Assembly: GCA_030295235.1 (NCBI GenBank)
Contig: AP026123.1
Coordinates: 2,542,001 to 2,606,000, forward strand
Origin: Fistulifera solaris
Lineage: Eukaryota
DNA length: 64,000 nt
Reading direction: 5' to 3'
Position 1 is the first letter of the stretch; each line of letters starts with the position of its first letter. A program made the translations under genes and the position numbers. The notes under the pieces are model-generated. The model searched no databases. It was not told the origin of the DNA and saw nothing but the letters and a program-made list of their open reading frames with translations. Positions 21,946 to 33,499 of this stretch are shown one piece after another.

Positions 21946-24900
21946 CTAGTCGGACTCTATTAACACGGGTTCACAGAGCCAATCGATGAGTTCAGCTCCC
22001 GACATTTGGCGCGGATCACCTTTGCCCCACGATCCAGGCCTTCCAGAGGCTGCGTCCGCAATTTTAGAATAGGCGACAGCAAACTCACGACGAATGCGGT
22101 GATAATAACCTCCTCGGAGAACGTGAGCGACGTCGTAAAATGTTTCAAAAGGGTCTTCGATTGTGAGTGCGGCACTGTAGTTCCTCCATCCGTCAAATTC
22201 AGCTTTAACTTCACGTTCGACAACTCCACGGCATGCAGTTGAATGTAAACTGACAACATGCCGTTTGTAGTTGAACTCGTAAGCAAAATAACGAAAGAAC
22301 GAAGCCAAAAGAATACCGAGGGAAAGGTCTTGGCCTGAAAACTGTATCTGGAGGTATGCTCTCTGTTCCTGTTTTACTGGTCGACTAAAGTATGTATTGA
22401 CCACCTTGTCCTCCACCAGTGGGTGTTTGATCATGTTTCGAGGAAGAGCAGGAACTTCGGTGTAAGGTGTACCAGGAGGAGAACCAAGCCATCGAGGATC
22501 CATCCAATGAAAATTTGGGAGAAGGGGAGTGGGACCAGGCTCCTGTTGACGTCGAATGGCAGCGTTTCCTTCAACTGGGGCCACTGGAGAAACTAAACCG
22601 TTCCCTGTTCGTTTGTGATAGGTCAAAAAATGAAGCAGCATGATAATGTATCCGTAGCTGCTCAATGTGTGTTTCGCTGGGTTGTTAATGTCGCGCGCTT
22701 TGGCCCATCGCTTAATGATAGCTGCAAGTACACGGGTAATAGGTGTAATCTCCGCATAGCAGCGAAGATACGATGTATTAAGAACTGCCAGCGGATTTTG
22801 CATAGACAAGTCACAGTCAATTAGATCTTCTGCATCACCCGTCAATGGATTTGGGCATTGAAACATGAGAATAGGTATCCGAGCCGTTAGGCGACATGTG
22901 TCCACACCTTTCATGCCGGATTCTTCCAGCTTTGTCGCAAGCTTCGCCATTGCCTCGGCACCAGATATGTCGTCTTCGTTTAACTTGCTACCCTCCGGTA
23001 GCTGCAGGCACATATCGATGTCTGACTTGGGAGAGCCAAAGCCGTTGGCTGAGGAACCAAAAATAACAACTCTGGAGTTAGCAGGGAATGCGCCACTCTC
23101 ACAAACAAGTTGTTCAACGCGCAACCTTATGAGCTCTCTCTTCCGGACGATGGAATCTTCGTCTGCAAATAGTTCGTGGTAATAACTCCCCATAGCTGCC
23201 GATAAACCATTGAAGAGAGAGACTGCCCTTGGATCCATGGAACGCTGCTCCGGTGCATTATTCTTGCGTGGGAAAAGGACGTCGTCCATGCCCATGGTAT
23301 TCGGTTCAAAGCTTAGTGTCCTTTGTTGCATCTTGATTCGTGCTTGCCGGTACGCTGCAAAGTCCTCTGCTGTAATAGGATTCGGTAAATCGCGCATGGC
23401 CTCATACCAAAGCGTGCCACTATTCTCGGATCCTGCAGATCCTGGTATCGCAAATTCTTCCGACAAGGGACACCACAATTCAAACTCAATTCTCATCTTG
23501 ATCATGAGATCTCGACGCAACAAACTGGGCATTGTCGGGTTGGTCACTACCGCGCGTAAAATGCTAGCAAACGCTAGTTGCGAATCTCTCCATTTGCGCT
23601 CACACGAAGCTTTCCCGCTCATTAATGTTTTGGTTTTTTCACGAAGCTCGGTGGCCATTTCCGACTCAATCGCGCCTCCATCGGTCGAGTGGAGTTCGGA
23701 ACCCACTGACAGGGCTTGGGATTTGCTATCTTGCTCGTCATCTTCATCCTCCACTTGTAACTTGAGTTGTTCGACGGCAGTTTCGAGTTCGGACATTTTC
23801 TGATTCGTTTTCGTGTATTCACTAAAACACGCATCAATGACTTTCCGCGCTTCCTGAATGCACCCCCACGTCGCCCGCGCCGACGAATCATTCGGCCGCA
23901 CCAACGGCGTCTCCAGCACCAATGCCAAGGACAGCAAAGACGAAAGTGACGTTGGATTGCTCTTTTTCGCTTTAAAATTGCTCAAAATGAACCGAATCGT
24001 GGATTCGTAATCTTCTTCGCGGACCCGCACGTGTAAACTGGGCCCGGTCGCCCAGGTATACAACGGCTCCCCCTCGTTGTGCATGCGAAAGACGACATGT
24101 CCCGGAGTCCGGGGCGAATAAAAGGGCACACGGCCGCATACCATATTCCCTTCCTTCCAATAATCGTACGACCGATGTTCATCCCCTAACACTGGTTTGG
24201 AAATAATGGACGCTTGCGATCCATTTTCGGTACAGCCCGTCGGAATAAGCCAATGGTACATTGTTTCAGGGCCTGTTCGAGATTATTAGACGATGATTGT
24301 TGTTGCAAAAACGCCAGTGGCAACGACCAATGCGCCGACAATTCTTGTCGGGGCGCCAATGTTAAAACTGTACTCGTATCGTGTCCCGAAATTCCTTGGA
24401 CGCGCAAAATTCCGGGTTGTTCTTCGACCTTTGTCCACAATCGTTTGGGAGGAGGAACATCTTTTTTGGTGTTCGTCGCCGGCGTCGGAGGGATACTGTT
24501 GTTGTTATTGGTTTGTGGTGTCACCGGGAGAGTCGTGGATCGGGACGGAGTCGATGGTAACGGAGGGGCATTGGGTGTAGACCAAGTGGGAGTGTTATTA
24601 TGCTCCGTCGCAAAGGGATTGGATGATGGTTGATGATTATTTAATTGTGGTGTCCGTGGCGGTGTAGTAGCCGCATGGGTGGAAGACGTTGTAGCACGAG
24701 GCGGTTCTGAAATCGTCGCGGAATTATTAATGTTGTGACTGTAAGGATGATTGGATGTCCACGGATTCTTCGGTTCGACAGTAGGAGTTGCACTAGTTGT
24801 CGGTGAAGAACTTTCTTCTGGTGGTTCGGAGAGAAACACCCTCGCTTGTTGCAAAAGAGTTGTTCATCCTTGTGATGATTTAAATACAATTCATGTATCT

Positions 24901-25292
24901 GCAAGGCTTGTGCATTTCCACTCTTTAGATAGGGCAAAAAGCAATTAGAACGTCCTGCGCGCACGAAAGAGAGTGAAGAAGGACATGTCAGTGAACTAAT
25001 TGATGCATAAAAAGAAAAGCCGATTCGAAAACTCTTACTTCATCTTTCATTTGTGTTGCCGCATTCGCAGAAGCCGCACTATTGTTGTTTCTATGACTCG
25101 AAGTCGTGGCATCGTCCTGCCGTCTTCGAGGAGCATTGCTTTTCCTACCTCGTCCACTGTTGTTACTTCTTCCGCCACGAGGAGTCGAAGAACTGTTGCT
25201 ATTGTTTGGATTCGATTCCGGCGAAGCAGGATGTCGTCCTCCGCCGCGTCCGGATGGACCCCTCGTCCTCCTCCTCGTCGACGACCGGACAT
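21946..25292 (-). CDS. Cid1/TUTase-type non-canonical poly(A)/poly(U) polymerase with a long N-terminal extension
   Basis: Nucleotidyltransferase motif FGSSANGFGSPKSDIDMCL, DCDLSMQN, KRWAKARDIN, LSSYGY, PAP-associated IEDPFE. The 5' part (RGG-rich start at 25292, intron near 24957-25038, frameshifts near 25260, 24852 and 24242) is inferred. Confidence 0.88.
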
Positions 25293-25715
25293 GTTGATGT
25301 ATTTCTTATGCCTTGCTGGCTTCTCTCTTTCGAACTCTCACTTAAAACTGATACTCCTGGTGAATGAGCTGATATAGAAAGGATGTCAATGCTTGGATCG
25401 CTTTCGTTCCTTTTTGTGAATAATAAGAGACATTGGCATCCTCGCCCACAATGCGAGAGTGTGTCGAAGGAAAAAGAAGGAGATGTCTTTTTTCGCGAGA
25501 CTTCTGGTTACCGCATGGTCGGACGGACCTTGGTCGTAGTAAAATCGAGAGGGCACACACTGGCTAGGAATGTTTTCCATGAACGAACAGACAACGATGA
25601 GCAAGATCATTCGACGTCTAGAATGACATCATACAGTAGCACAAATAGCTGTAGCCTACCAGTAATGAGCAAAACAATTGCAAATTGAAGCAGTTCGCAT
25701 CGATTGAATCCTGAT

Positions 25716-26177
25716 TCATGACGGAAATGCAGTCGTGGTCAAATCCGGGCAACACTCTGGTCCATAGTAACTTTCCGAAGACAACGTTTCGCAAGAATCA
25801 TTCACGACAAATAGCCGAGTGAGCAGTTCATGCTGCTTCCCGTTCAAGCACAGTGATGGAAGCGTGTCAAGCTAGCAATGGACGGACACGACGGAAGTGC
25901 AGTAGTGCTTTCGATAAAACAACATTCTCATGTTTTTTCTTGCTACTCTCAATTTTTATTTTATTTATTTTATTTGCTGCAAAAGCATTCAATCAGTTTT
26001 CAATACAATGTAGTGCAACTGATAAGCAAAAAGTGTTGTTGATTCATTCGCTTGCGACGCCGATTCTTTTCCTTCTTCCGTCGAGCGAGACGAGCGGAGG
26101 CTCGTTCGCAGTCTGGCTCCTTAGCTGAGTGACTGAAATGCAGTCGTGGAAAAAGTAATATACACAATGAGCTATAG
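25716..26177 (-). repeat. dispersed repeat family, 2 minus-strand cores (25716-25792, 26129-26177)
   Basis: Reverse complements read gcgaaacgttgt..ttactatggaccagagtgttg..accacgactgcatttccgtcatga and ctatagc..gtgtatattactttttccacgactgcatttcagtcac. Confidence 0.8.
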
Positions 26178-26441
26178 CTGGTTCCAAATTAGTCGCAGCG
26201 GTAAGCGCACTTAATTCGACCTTCGACCTTTGTTTACCTTTTCCCGTGTGCGCGCACCGCGCGCTCTAAAATTTCCCTCCGCAACAACAAACGCAATAAC
26301 GCAACAAACAACGCAACAAAAATAACCGCAAAGAAATAAAACCAACAACAACGTTCTATATTACATCATTGTCACTTTTACTCGACCCGGATCTCTCTTC
26401 TCAACAAGTTCGAATCAGAAAAGCATTAAACGGGAAACGCT

Positions 26442-27215
26442 ATGAACCGATCTTTTCTATTCTTCCGTTTTCTGTTGTTTACAACGACGACAGTTGCAGC
26501 CTTTCATGCTTCTCTTCTGCAGTCTCAAGTGTCGCGTCGACCGACCTTTGTCGCTACACAGTCTACTGACGCGGAAACACCCGAAGAACAACCGGAAGGT
26601 GAATTGACGCTCTTAAAACCTTATTTACCCGCCGTCGATCCAATGTACATGCATCGCGGACCCATCGGACAAGGCACCTTTGTGATTTCGCGCACGGGAG
26701 GACCCACACTGGAAGAATTGTCGAATGCGAACATGTTACAGATAGTCAAATGTCAATGTACCGACTTGGAAGTCAATACACTGGTCTGGAAGTGTTTGGG
26801 ATATCGTTACGATGAAAAGGAACAGTTATGGAACGACAATACGCTCGTTTTTCCCAATTGGCGCGAGAAATATCCGACGCCCCCGGATTTTCTCGGGATG
26901 CGTCGTGTGTACGAAAAAGAAGTCGATCAACCGTCGTTACGCGCCAATCAAGCCCTGGTCCGGTCGGTACCGGTGCATGCCAAACAAAGTTTGAAGACGG
27001 CTTTGAAACCCGAAGGCTGGAAAGGATATCAGTACAAAGAACTGACACCCAACAAGACACGACGCGCGCAATGTGCCAATTGGTTAATTTTTTATCGCAA
27101 TGAATTGTTTGGTTATACGTTGGAAGAATTGCGGGCGAGAAGGCAACAACAAAAAGAACAACATCAGCAAAATGAAGAGCCGACGTGGTCTCCGCCAGTA
27201 AAAGAAGTGTATTAA
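26442..27215 (+). CDS. plastid-targeted DUF1823-like protein
   Basis: Signal peptide plus VAAF motif. VWKCLGYRYD, WREKYPTPPDF, KQSLK, ELTPNKTRRAQCANWL resemble cyanobacterial DUF1823. Confidence 0.75.
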   Translation: MNRSFLFFRFLLFTTTTVAAFHASLLQSQVSRRPTFVATQSTDAETPEEQPEGELTLLKPYLPAVDPMYMHRGPIGQGTFVISRTGGPTLEELSNANMLQIVKCQCTDLEVNTLVWKCLGYRYDEKEQLWNDNTLVFPNWREKYPTPPDFLGMRRVYEKEVDQPSLRANQALVRSVPVHAKQSLKTALKPEGWKGYQYKELTPNKTRRAQCANWLIFYRNELFGYTLEELRARRQQQKEQHQQNEEPTWSPPVKEVY

Positions 27216-27599
27216 TAAATAGATAACATATTATGTATTATGTTTGAATGAATTTCGACACCGTCGATTTAGAAGTGTTATGAGACTTGATAATATTTTC
27301 GTGATTGAATTCAATCATAACATCGCCCTTCGTGATTTAAGAGCTGAGATCTGCGATAAATTGTAAAGGAAGGGTACTTAGTTTCATCGGGAAATCTCCT
27401 CCGGATTTACTATGGGCTGCGACGCATTAGAGAAGTGATCAGACGACTCGCTCGGTTTTTTCAGTCCCGAGCCACATTCCACGTGTCTGTTTTTTGCGAT
27501 AGATAATAGATAAGTGCACGCATTGCAGTTTTCTCGTTTGACCAGTTTTTTTTTTGCAATGAGCAACAACAAACAGCAATATATACAAAACGTAACAAT

Positions 27600-28900
27600 A
27601 TGAAAGGATTATCATCATTATCAAGAGCTGTGCGTCGCATTATCCTTCTCATTCTTGTGTGCATCGCACTGACATACGCCGCGACAGAACGAGCCGGGCA
27701 CATTGATTTGTTCGATGCCGATACATTGTCGTACTATTTACAATTCAATCAAAGCAACAACAAAGAGAACGACGCATCCGTAAAACATCCCTACGATGTC
27801 GTTGTCTTGTATTACGCCCAGTGGTGTCAAAATTGTCGTTCTTTGTCACCCATGTACATTCGCATTGCTGAAATATTAAAAGCCGGGGAAGCCAAATCGA
27901 ATATTATAATGGGTTATTTTGATTGTGAAGCGGATTATGAACACGCTGTGCTTTGCGAACAAGTCGGTATTACCCATTATCCGACCCTACAGTACATTTC
28001 GTTAGCACCGGATCATCGATTGCCGCACACACAAAAGAAACTACCACCCCATGTTACACAATTCCCCGGCAACTGGCAAGTGGGTGAATCCATTTTGGAT
28101 TGGATTCGGACCATGTCCTTTTAAGTCAATGGCATCGGGCGTCTTGGGGTAAAGCCTTGCGACAATTCTTGTTTGCGAAATCATCGTATCCGCAATCCTC
28201 CGTGTCTGAACTTCCCGTGGGATTGCCACCTCAAGTGGCGAATCAAAAACAATTGCAAGCCGCCGAACAAGCTCTCAACTCGTCTCAAGCCTTAGTGACA
28301 CGCACATCGTATTATGTCGATGCCCTCTTGGCACCCATGCCCTGCCGTGACAACCACTGCATGACCGAATCTGCCACCAATATCACATACATTGACGCGT
28401 ACGGGTATTTGGACCGCACCGCCGGATGGAGTTCCATGACACCGTCGGCACAAATTGTGCGCAGTTGTGTCTTGGAAGCGGTCCTCGATGTGTGTCAACG
28501 ATTGCAAGTGCAAATTGCGGAAGTGTGGTTGTCGCAACAGAAACCAATTCCGCAAGTGGAGTATTTGACACAGGAGCAGTTGGAACGATTCGAACCGGAA
28601 ACGCGGCAAATGATGGAAGAGCAAGAGCCGTATTGTTTGCAGATTGATCAGTGTATCATGAAACAATTGGAACCGGTGGAAGTGTGTTTGCCACCGACGT
28701 GTCCATTTCAAGAGACTTATAAGTGTCGGTATTTGACGACTTGCTTTGTGGATGCTGTGCAACGAGATTATGCGGACGCTCTCGGTGTCGAATGGAAGCC
28801 ACATGGTTCTATAAGTGAGCCAACGGCACAAAAGAAACAAGAAACGAAGCAACAAGGGGAGGAGCAGGCACCCAAGAAACAAAAGTGGGGTCTCTTTTAA
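27600..28900 (+). CDS. secretory-pathway thioredoxin-domain protein with a Cys-rich C-terminus
   Basis: Signal/TM segment, YYAQWCQNC, GITHYPTL. An apparent frameshift in a T-run near 28120 joins the second ORF. Confidence 0.75.
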
Positions 28901-29589
28901 GTTAAAAACAATAAAAACACGCGACTGTAGTCTACGTGGGCGACTCTACGTTTGAAGGCAAGTAGTCGTTTTCGCTACATTGTGCTGATGCCATTGTCCC
29001 GACACTCGTCGCAAGTATACGCGGTACATTCGCTACATTACTTTTTTTTATAATAAACAATACCGAAAGCCTGTCGCTTTTTATCTGCGCTTCTCATCAT
29101 TTGAACCGAATGATAGAAAAGCTAGGTACTAGTTAGTCTTGGGTCAAAGTGCAACGTATGAGAATGTAAATGGGAGCGGTTATCGACTTGTCTGTGGTCT
29201 GTGTAGTCTATCTAAAGTTAGACGAACTTTACGGGATTCGGGACTCAGACCACGACTGAAACAAGATGCGTCACTGACACCACGTATAGTATGACTTGAA
29301 GTGTTAGTTTACCCGAAACTGCGACATCAGGATTATTAATGCATTTCTGAAATTTGTACTATTTTCTAAGCACTTCAACGAACGTGAAGAAGAATGCCAT
29401 CAGCTTCTGCATTTTCTTCGTGCTCTTTTTTCCACCGACGAAACTGTTCCACGACGATGATAGCCATCAACTTTTTGTCGTGCACTTCGTAATAAGCAGA
29501 CAATTTCAAATTGGATTCGGAGGAGAACTATTCTCATTCAAAATCCAAATAATAGTCGACTGCCGATCATTAAAACTCAACGTACAACC

Positions 29590-30331
29590 ATGAATCGTTT
29601 GGCGCCCCTTCGTTCACTCCGCCGACTGGCTGCTTCTTCGGAAGCATCTTGGTCGAAGCAAATGTCCTTCGCATCGCCCGAATCGGATTTTGCCGCTGCT
29701 TCTCTTCCGTCTCCATCGCATACGACGGCAACTACGCGTGCGCTGTCGGCGTGGTCAGGACAGCTCACTTTCGCATCTGCCGAATCGGATTTCACTCAAT
29801 CGAACATGATGAAAGACATTTCTCCGTCACGATCCCTCAGCACATCATCACTTGGTCAGCTGTGGTCACAAACACTGTCGTTCGCTTCACCCGAGAGTGA
29901 TTTCACAACATCGTGGTTCCAATCGACTGAATCATCACCTCGATTGCCCCAAACGTTAGCAGAGGCTTTGATGGAAGAAAAGCGCGCTGTCGTGGTGACG
30001 ACCGCCGCGAGTCCGCACAAAATTGTTCATGTCAACGCGGCGTGGGAAGGCTTGTGTGGCTATTCACGATCGGAAGCGCTGGATCGCACTCTTTCCTTGA
30101 TTCAAGGACCCGATACAAACTCCCAATTGGCATCGAGCACCGTTCAGAAAGTTCTTTCACAACAGCAAGTTCACGATGCGTACCTAGTCAACTACGCCAA
30201 GGACGGTCGTCGTTTCATCAATCACCTTTCTATGGGACTCCTGTCGTTGGAAGGTGAAAACAATTCTCATGGTCGGTGTTTTAGAAGAAGTACAAGCGGA
30301 GGATGTTCCTTTGCGAATGGTGTCGTATTAA
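29590..30331 (+). CDS. PAS (LOV-like) domain protein with three N-terminal WS-x3-SFASPESDF repeats
   Basis: PAS signature IVHVNAAWEGLCGYSRSEAL...LIQGPDT...LVNYAKDGRRFINHL. An apparent frameshift near 30262 gives a MVGVLEEV...MVSY* end. Confidence 0.8.
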
Positions 30332-30519
30332 CTTTCGCAAGTTGCACCACATACGTCTTTAGAGTAATCCATACGCTTAGATGAAAATCATAATTCAAAC
30401 TAGGTTGTGGGGGTTGATGATAGTTGCGGAGTCCATTGTGGTTGAACCGCATTTTAAAACTTTGATTCCTTTCGAAAATCATTGCGTTCAAAGTTATGTC
30501 TTCCGAATGTTTCGTATGG

Positions 30520-30765
30520 ACTATAGGCCAAAGTGTAGATGACTTTTTTCACGACTGCAAGTCAGTCACGAGTCACGATTCTGCTGAGCCAGATTTCATC
30601 GCAAATATTCGGTTCGCTCTGTAATTTTGGTGAACTCCTTTTGTTCCTAGCATAGTCAATTTTACCATTTGAATGATTTTCAATGCACGGCTCAATATTT
30701 TGCTTCAAATTTGCTTCCGAGTCGCTGTCGACCTATACACTAGCACGACTGCAGTTCAGTCATGA
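30520..30765 (+). repeat. dispersed repeat family, 2 cores (30520-30571, 30732-30765)
   Basis: ctataggccaaagtgtag..cacgactgcaagtcagtcacga, followed by cacgactgcagttcagtcatga. Confidence 0.8.
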
Positions 30766-31309
30766 ACCGTGGTTGGCAGAGCCGCAGACTTCGCAGCCTA
30801 ACGTTCTTGCAACTTACTAAGCCTTCAGCTCTATCGTGATTGCCTCATATCCATTTGTATTTCAAATCACACATATCTACCATTCACTTGTCCGCTTGCA
30901 ACGATTGGGAGGCATCTATGAGGTATTAGCTTTCCGATCTAGAAGAGGATTTTAGTCAATTGATGGCACCAAGCAGGAGCACCGGTTGTTTTTAATAAAC
31001 TAACACAGTTCATGAGAGTTTTTAGCTGCCTTTGCATTGAACCCTTCACCTGGCAATTGCAGTGACGCTCTGAGGATACCCGTTACATAATGATCAATGC
31101 AAATTGCACTTTATATCAAAGGCGTGATCTAAAACTGACTATTAGCAGAACCCGCTTATGACGCCGTTTCTTGCAAATTGATTCTGCTTTACATTTCTAT
31201 CAACGCATTACCTAAAAGCATCGAAATCGGATGTCGCGTTCCGTTAACGATTGTGTGTCGTGATACTCCGGAATACCTCGATGTAGAATTTCTAACTTTA
31301 CGTTTTTAA

Positions 31310-31684
31310 CTAGAATTGTTGCTGCGATGCAGCTTGCTGTTTCTTTGCAAGTCGTCCCATCATTAATTCGTTCGAATCGAGCCATTTATTCGTGATGGAA
31401 TAAATGCAAGCAACTTCCCTTCCGGAAAGTTTGGGGTCTTTGGTTGCGGATGTGACGCACTTTTCGAAGGACCGTTGCGTCAAATCGGTAATCACTGTTT
31501 GAATCAGCATTTGTTGTTGCAATGCCATGGAAAATTGTTGAAAATCGGACACACCACTACCGCCTCCTTGCATGGGAACGGTAGACGCAAAGTGATCGTC
31601 CGCACCGCCGTCCATGAACCCTTTTTCGGACGACCCCGTGTCTTCTTCTTTATTTCCGCCGCCACCTAAGCCGAACCAAGACAT
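31310..31684 (-). CDS. small Tim (Tim8/13/9/10, zf-Tim10_DDP-like) intermembrane-space chaperone
   Basis: QQQMLIQTVITDLTQRSFEKCV...KLSGREVACIYSITNKWLD fits the small-Tim helix-loop-helix pattern. Confidence 0.75.
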   Translation of the reverse strand: MSWFGLGGGGNKEEDTGSSEKGFMDGGADDHFASTVPMQGGGSGVSDFQQFSMALQQQMLIQTVITDLTQRSFEKCVTSATKDPKLSGREVACIYSITNKWLDSNELMMGRLAKKQQAASQQQF

Positions 31685-31835
31685 TGTTAAACTTAAAGAA
31701 CGTTATTCAAGAAGTAAGATACGGATTATTGATTTCAAAAGTGATGATGTATTTGACAGGTCAATGAACAAAACTCGGCTGATCTGGGCTCATCGCGTCA
31801 ACCGCAAAAAACAGGAAAGAAGGACGGACCGAATA

Positions 31836-33100
31836 TCAAAATTGCTGGACCAGTCACAAAGAAATTCTGGCTGACTAATCAGGGATTCCAAAATTTCTGG
31901 AATTTGCACCAATTGGCTGTCAGTCTCAAAACACTAGTTACCGTATATCAGGAATGTACACAGGAATTCCGTATGACCCAAAACACCAGTTCCAGAGTAC
32001 CTGGAACGTCCACGGTACAAGGATTAATCCTTGCCACGGTATGTCTGTTTTTGACTCGAACCAAGTGGTCCAGAATTTCTGGACCAATCACACAGAAATT
32101 CTGGCTGACACAAAACCACGAATTCCGGAATTTCTGGAACTTGCACAAATTGGCTGTCAGTCTCAAAACACTAGTTACCGTATATCAGGAATGTACACAG
32201 GAATTCCGTATCACCCAAAACACCAATTCCAGAGTATCTGGAACGTCCAAGCAATGTCTGTTTTTGAACCAAAACAAGTGGTCCAGAAGTTCTGGACCAA
32301 TCACACAGAAATTCTGGCTGACACAAAACCACGAATTCCGGAATTTCTGGAACTTGCACAAATTGGCTGTCAGTCTCAAAACACTAGTTACCGTATATCA
32401 GGAATGTACACAGGAATTCCGTATCACCCAAAACACCAATTCCAGATCCAGAGTATCTGGAACGTCCATGAAATGTCTGTTTTTGACTCGAAAACAACTG
32501 GTCCAGAAATTCTGGACCAATCACACAGAAATTCTGGCTGACACAAAACCACGGATTCCAGAATTTCTGGAACTTGCACAAATTGGCTGTCAGTCTCAAA
32601 ACACTAGTTACCGTATATCAGGAATGTACACAGGAGTTCCGCATGACCCAAAACACCAATTCCAGAGTATCTGGAACGTCCATGAAATGTCTGTTTTTGA
32701 CTCGAAAACAACTGGTCCAGAACTTCTGGACCAGTCACACAGATTTTCTGGCTGACACAAAACCACGAATTCCAGAATTTCTGGAATTTTCACAAACTGG
32801 CTGTTATTCTCAAAACGCTAGTTCCACAGCATTGCTGAATGACCACAAACACCGTTTTCAGAATATCTGGAACGGGCACAAAGTACCTGTGTGAAGCGAA
32901 ACAACTGGTCCAGAAATTCTGGACCAGACACACAGAAAGTCTGGCCGACACAAAACCATGTATTCCAGAATTTATGGAACTTGTACAAAAATCTCTGTGT
33001 GACGGAAAACAGCGATTTTGATAGTCTACGGATAATACACAGATTTTCTGTATGAAGCAAAACGCAAAACACGACGTCCAGAGTCCAGAGTATCGGGAAC
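31836..33100. repeat. tandem array of ~214-bp units, each built of four ~53-bp palindrome-containing subunits
   Basis: An aattggctgtcagtctc-type marker recurs at 31911, 32148, 32361, 32581 and 32795, followed by a degenerate tail. Confidence 0.95.
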
Positions 33101-33499
33101 TCAAGACAACAGCAAGGAGCAAGGACGTATACAAGTCGACGAATGACATAAAGTACTTAATGAATGTCCTACGTCCTCTTTCCTTTAGTGTCAGTCAAAG
33201 CAGTGTGTCCTAATTGGTTAGGCATATCTTCGTCGATGATGATTTATGATTTTTAGTTACACGTTTTTCTTTTGCGTACGCGTGACTTCTACTTTGTAGA
33301 TGAGTGCTAAATGGAATGACGCGTTACTCCGCCGTAGGGGGAGGCCCAATTCGTCCTCATCGCGAAGCCCAACAACAAACCTTGGCAAACGGCAAAAGTC
33401 AACAACAGGATGATTCTGTTGCTGTCGCTGTGTCTCCAGTAAAGAATATCAAGAACAAACTAACGCTTTATCACAATAGTCAACAAACTTGGGTGCAGA

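Noticed and set aside
32101..32800. Heat-shock elements in the array (TTCnnGAA pairs)
   Set aside because: The central GAA-TTC spacing is 1 nt rather than the canonical 2, so a link to the HSF gene at 50 kb is unsupported.
31836..33100. CRISPR array or repeat protein (ORFs 31904-32755, 31954-32541)
   Set aside because: The DNA between the palindromes repeats every fourth subunit. Unit lengths (213, 220, 214) do not preserve frame, and several frames are open, which is a by-product of the repeat.
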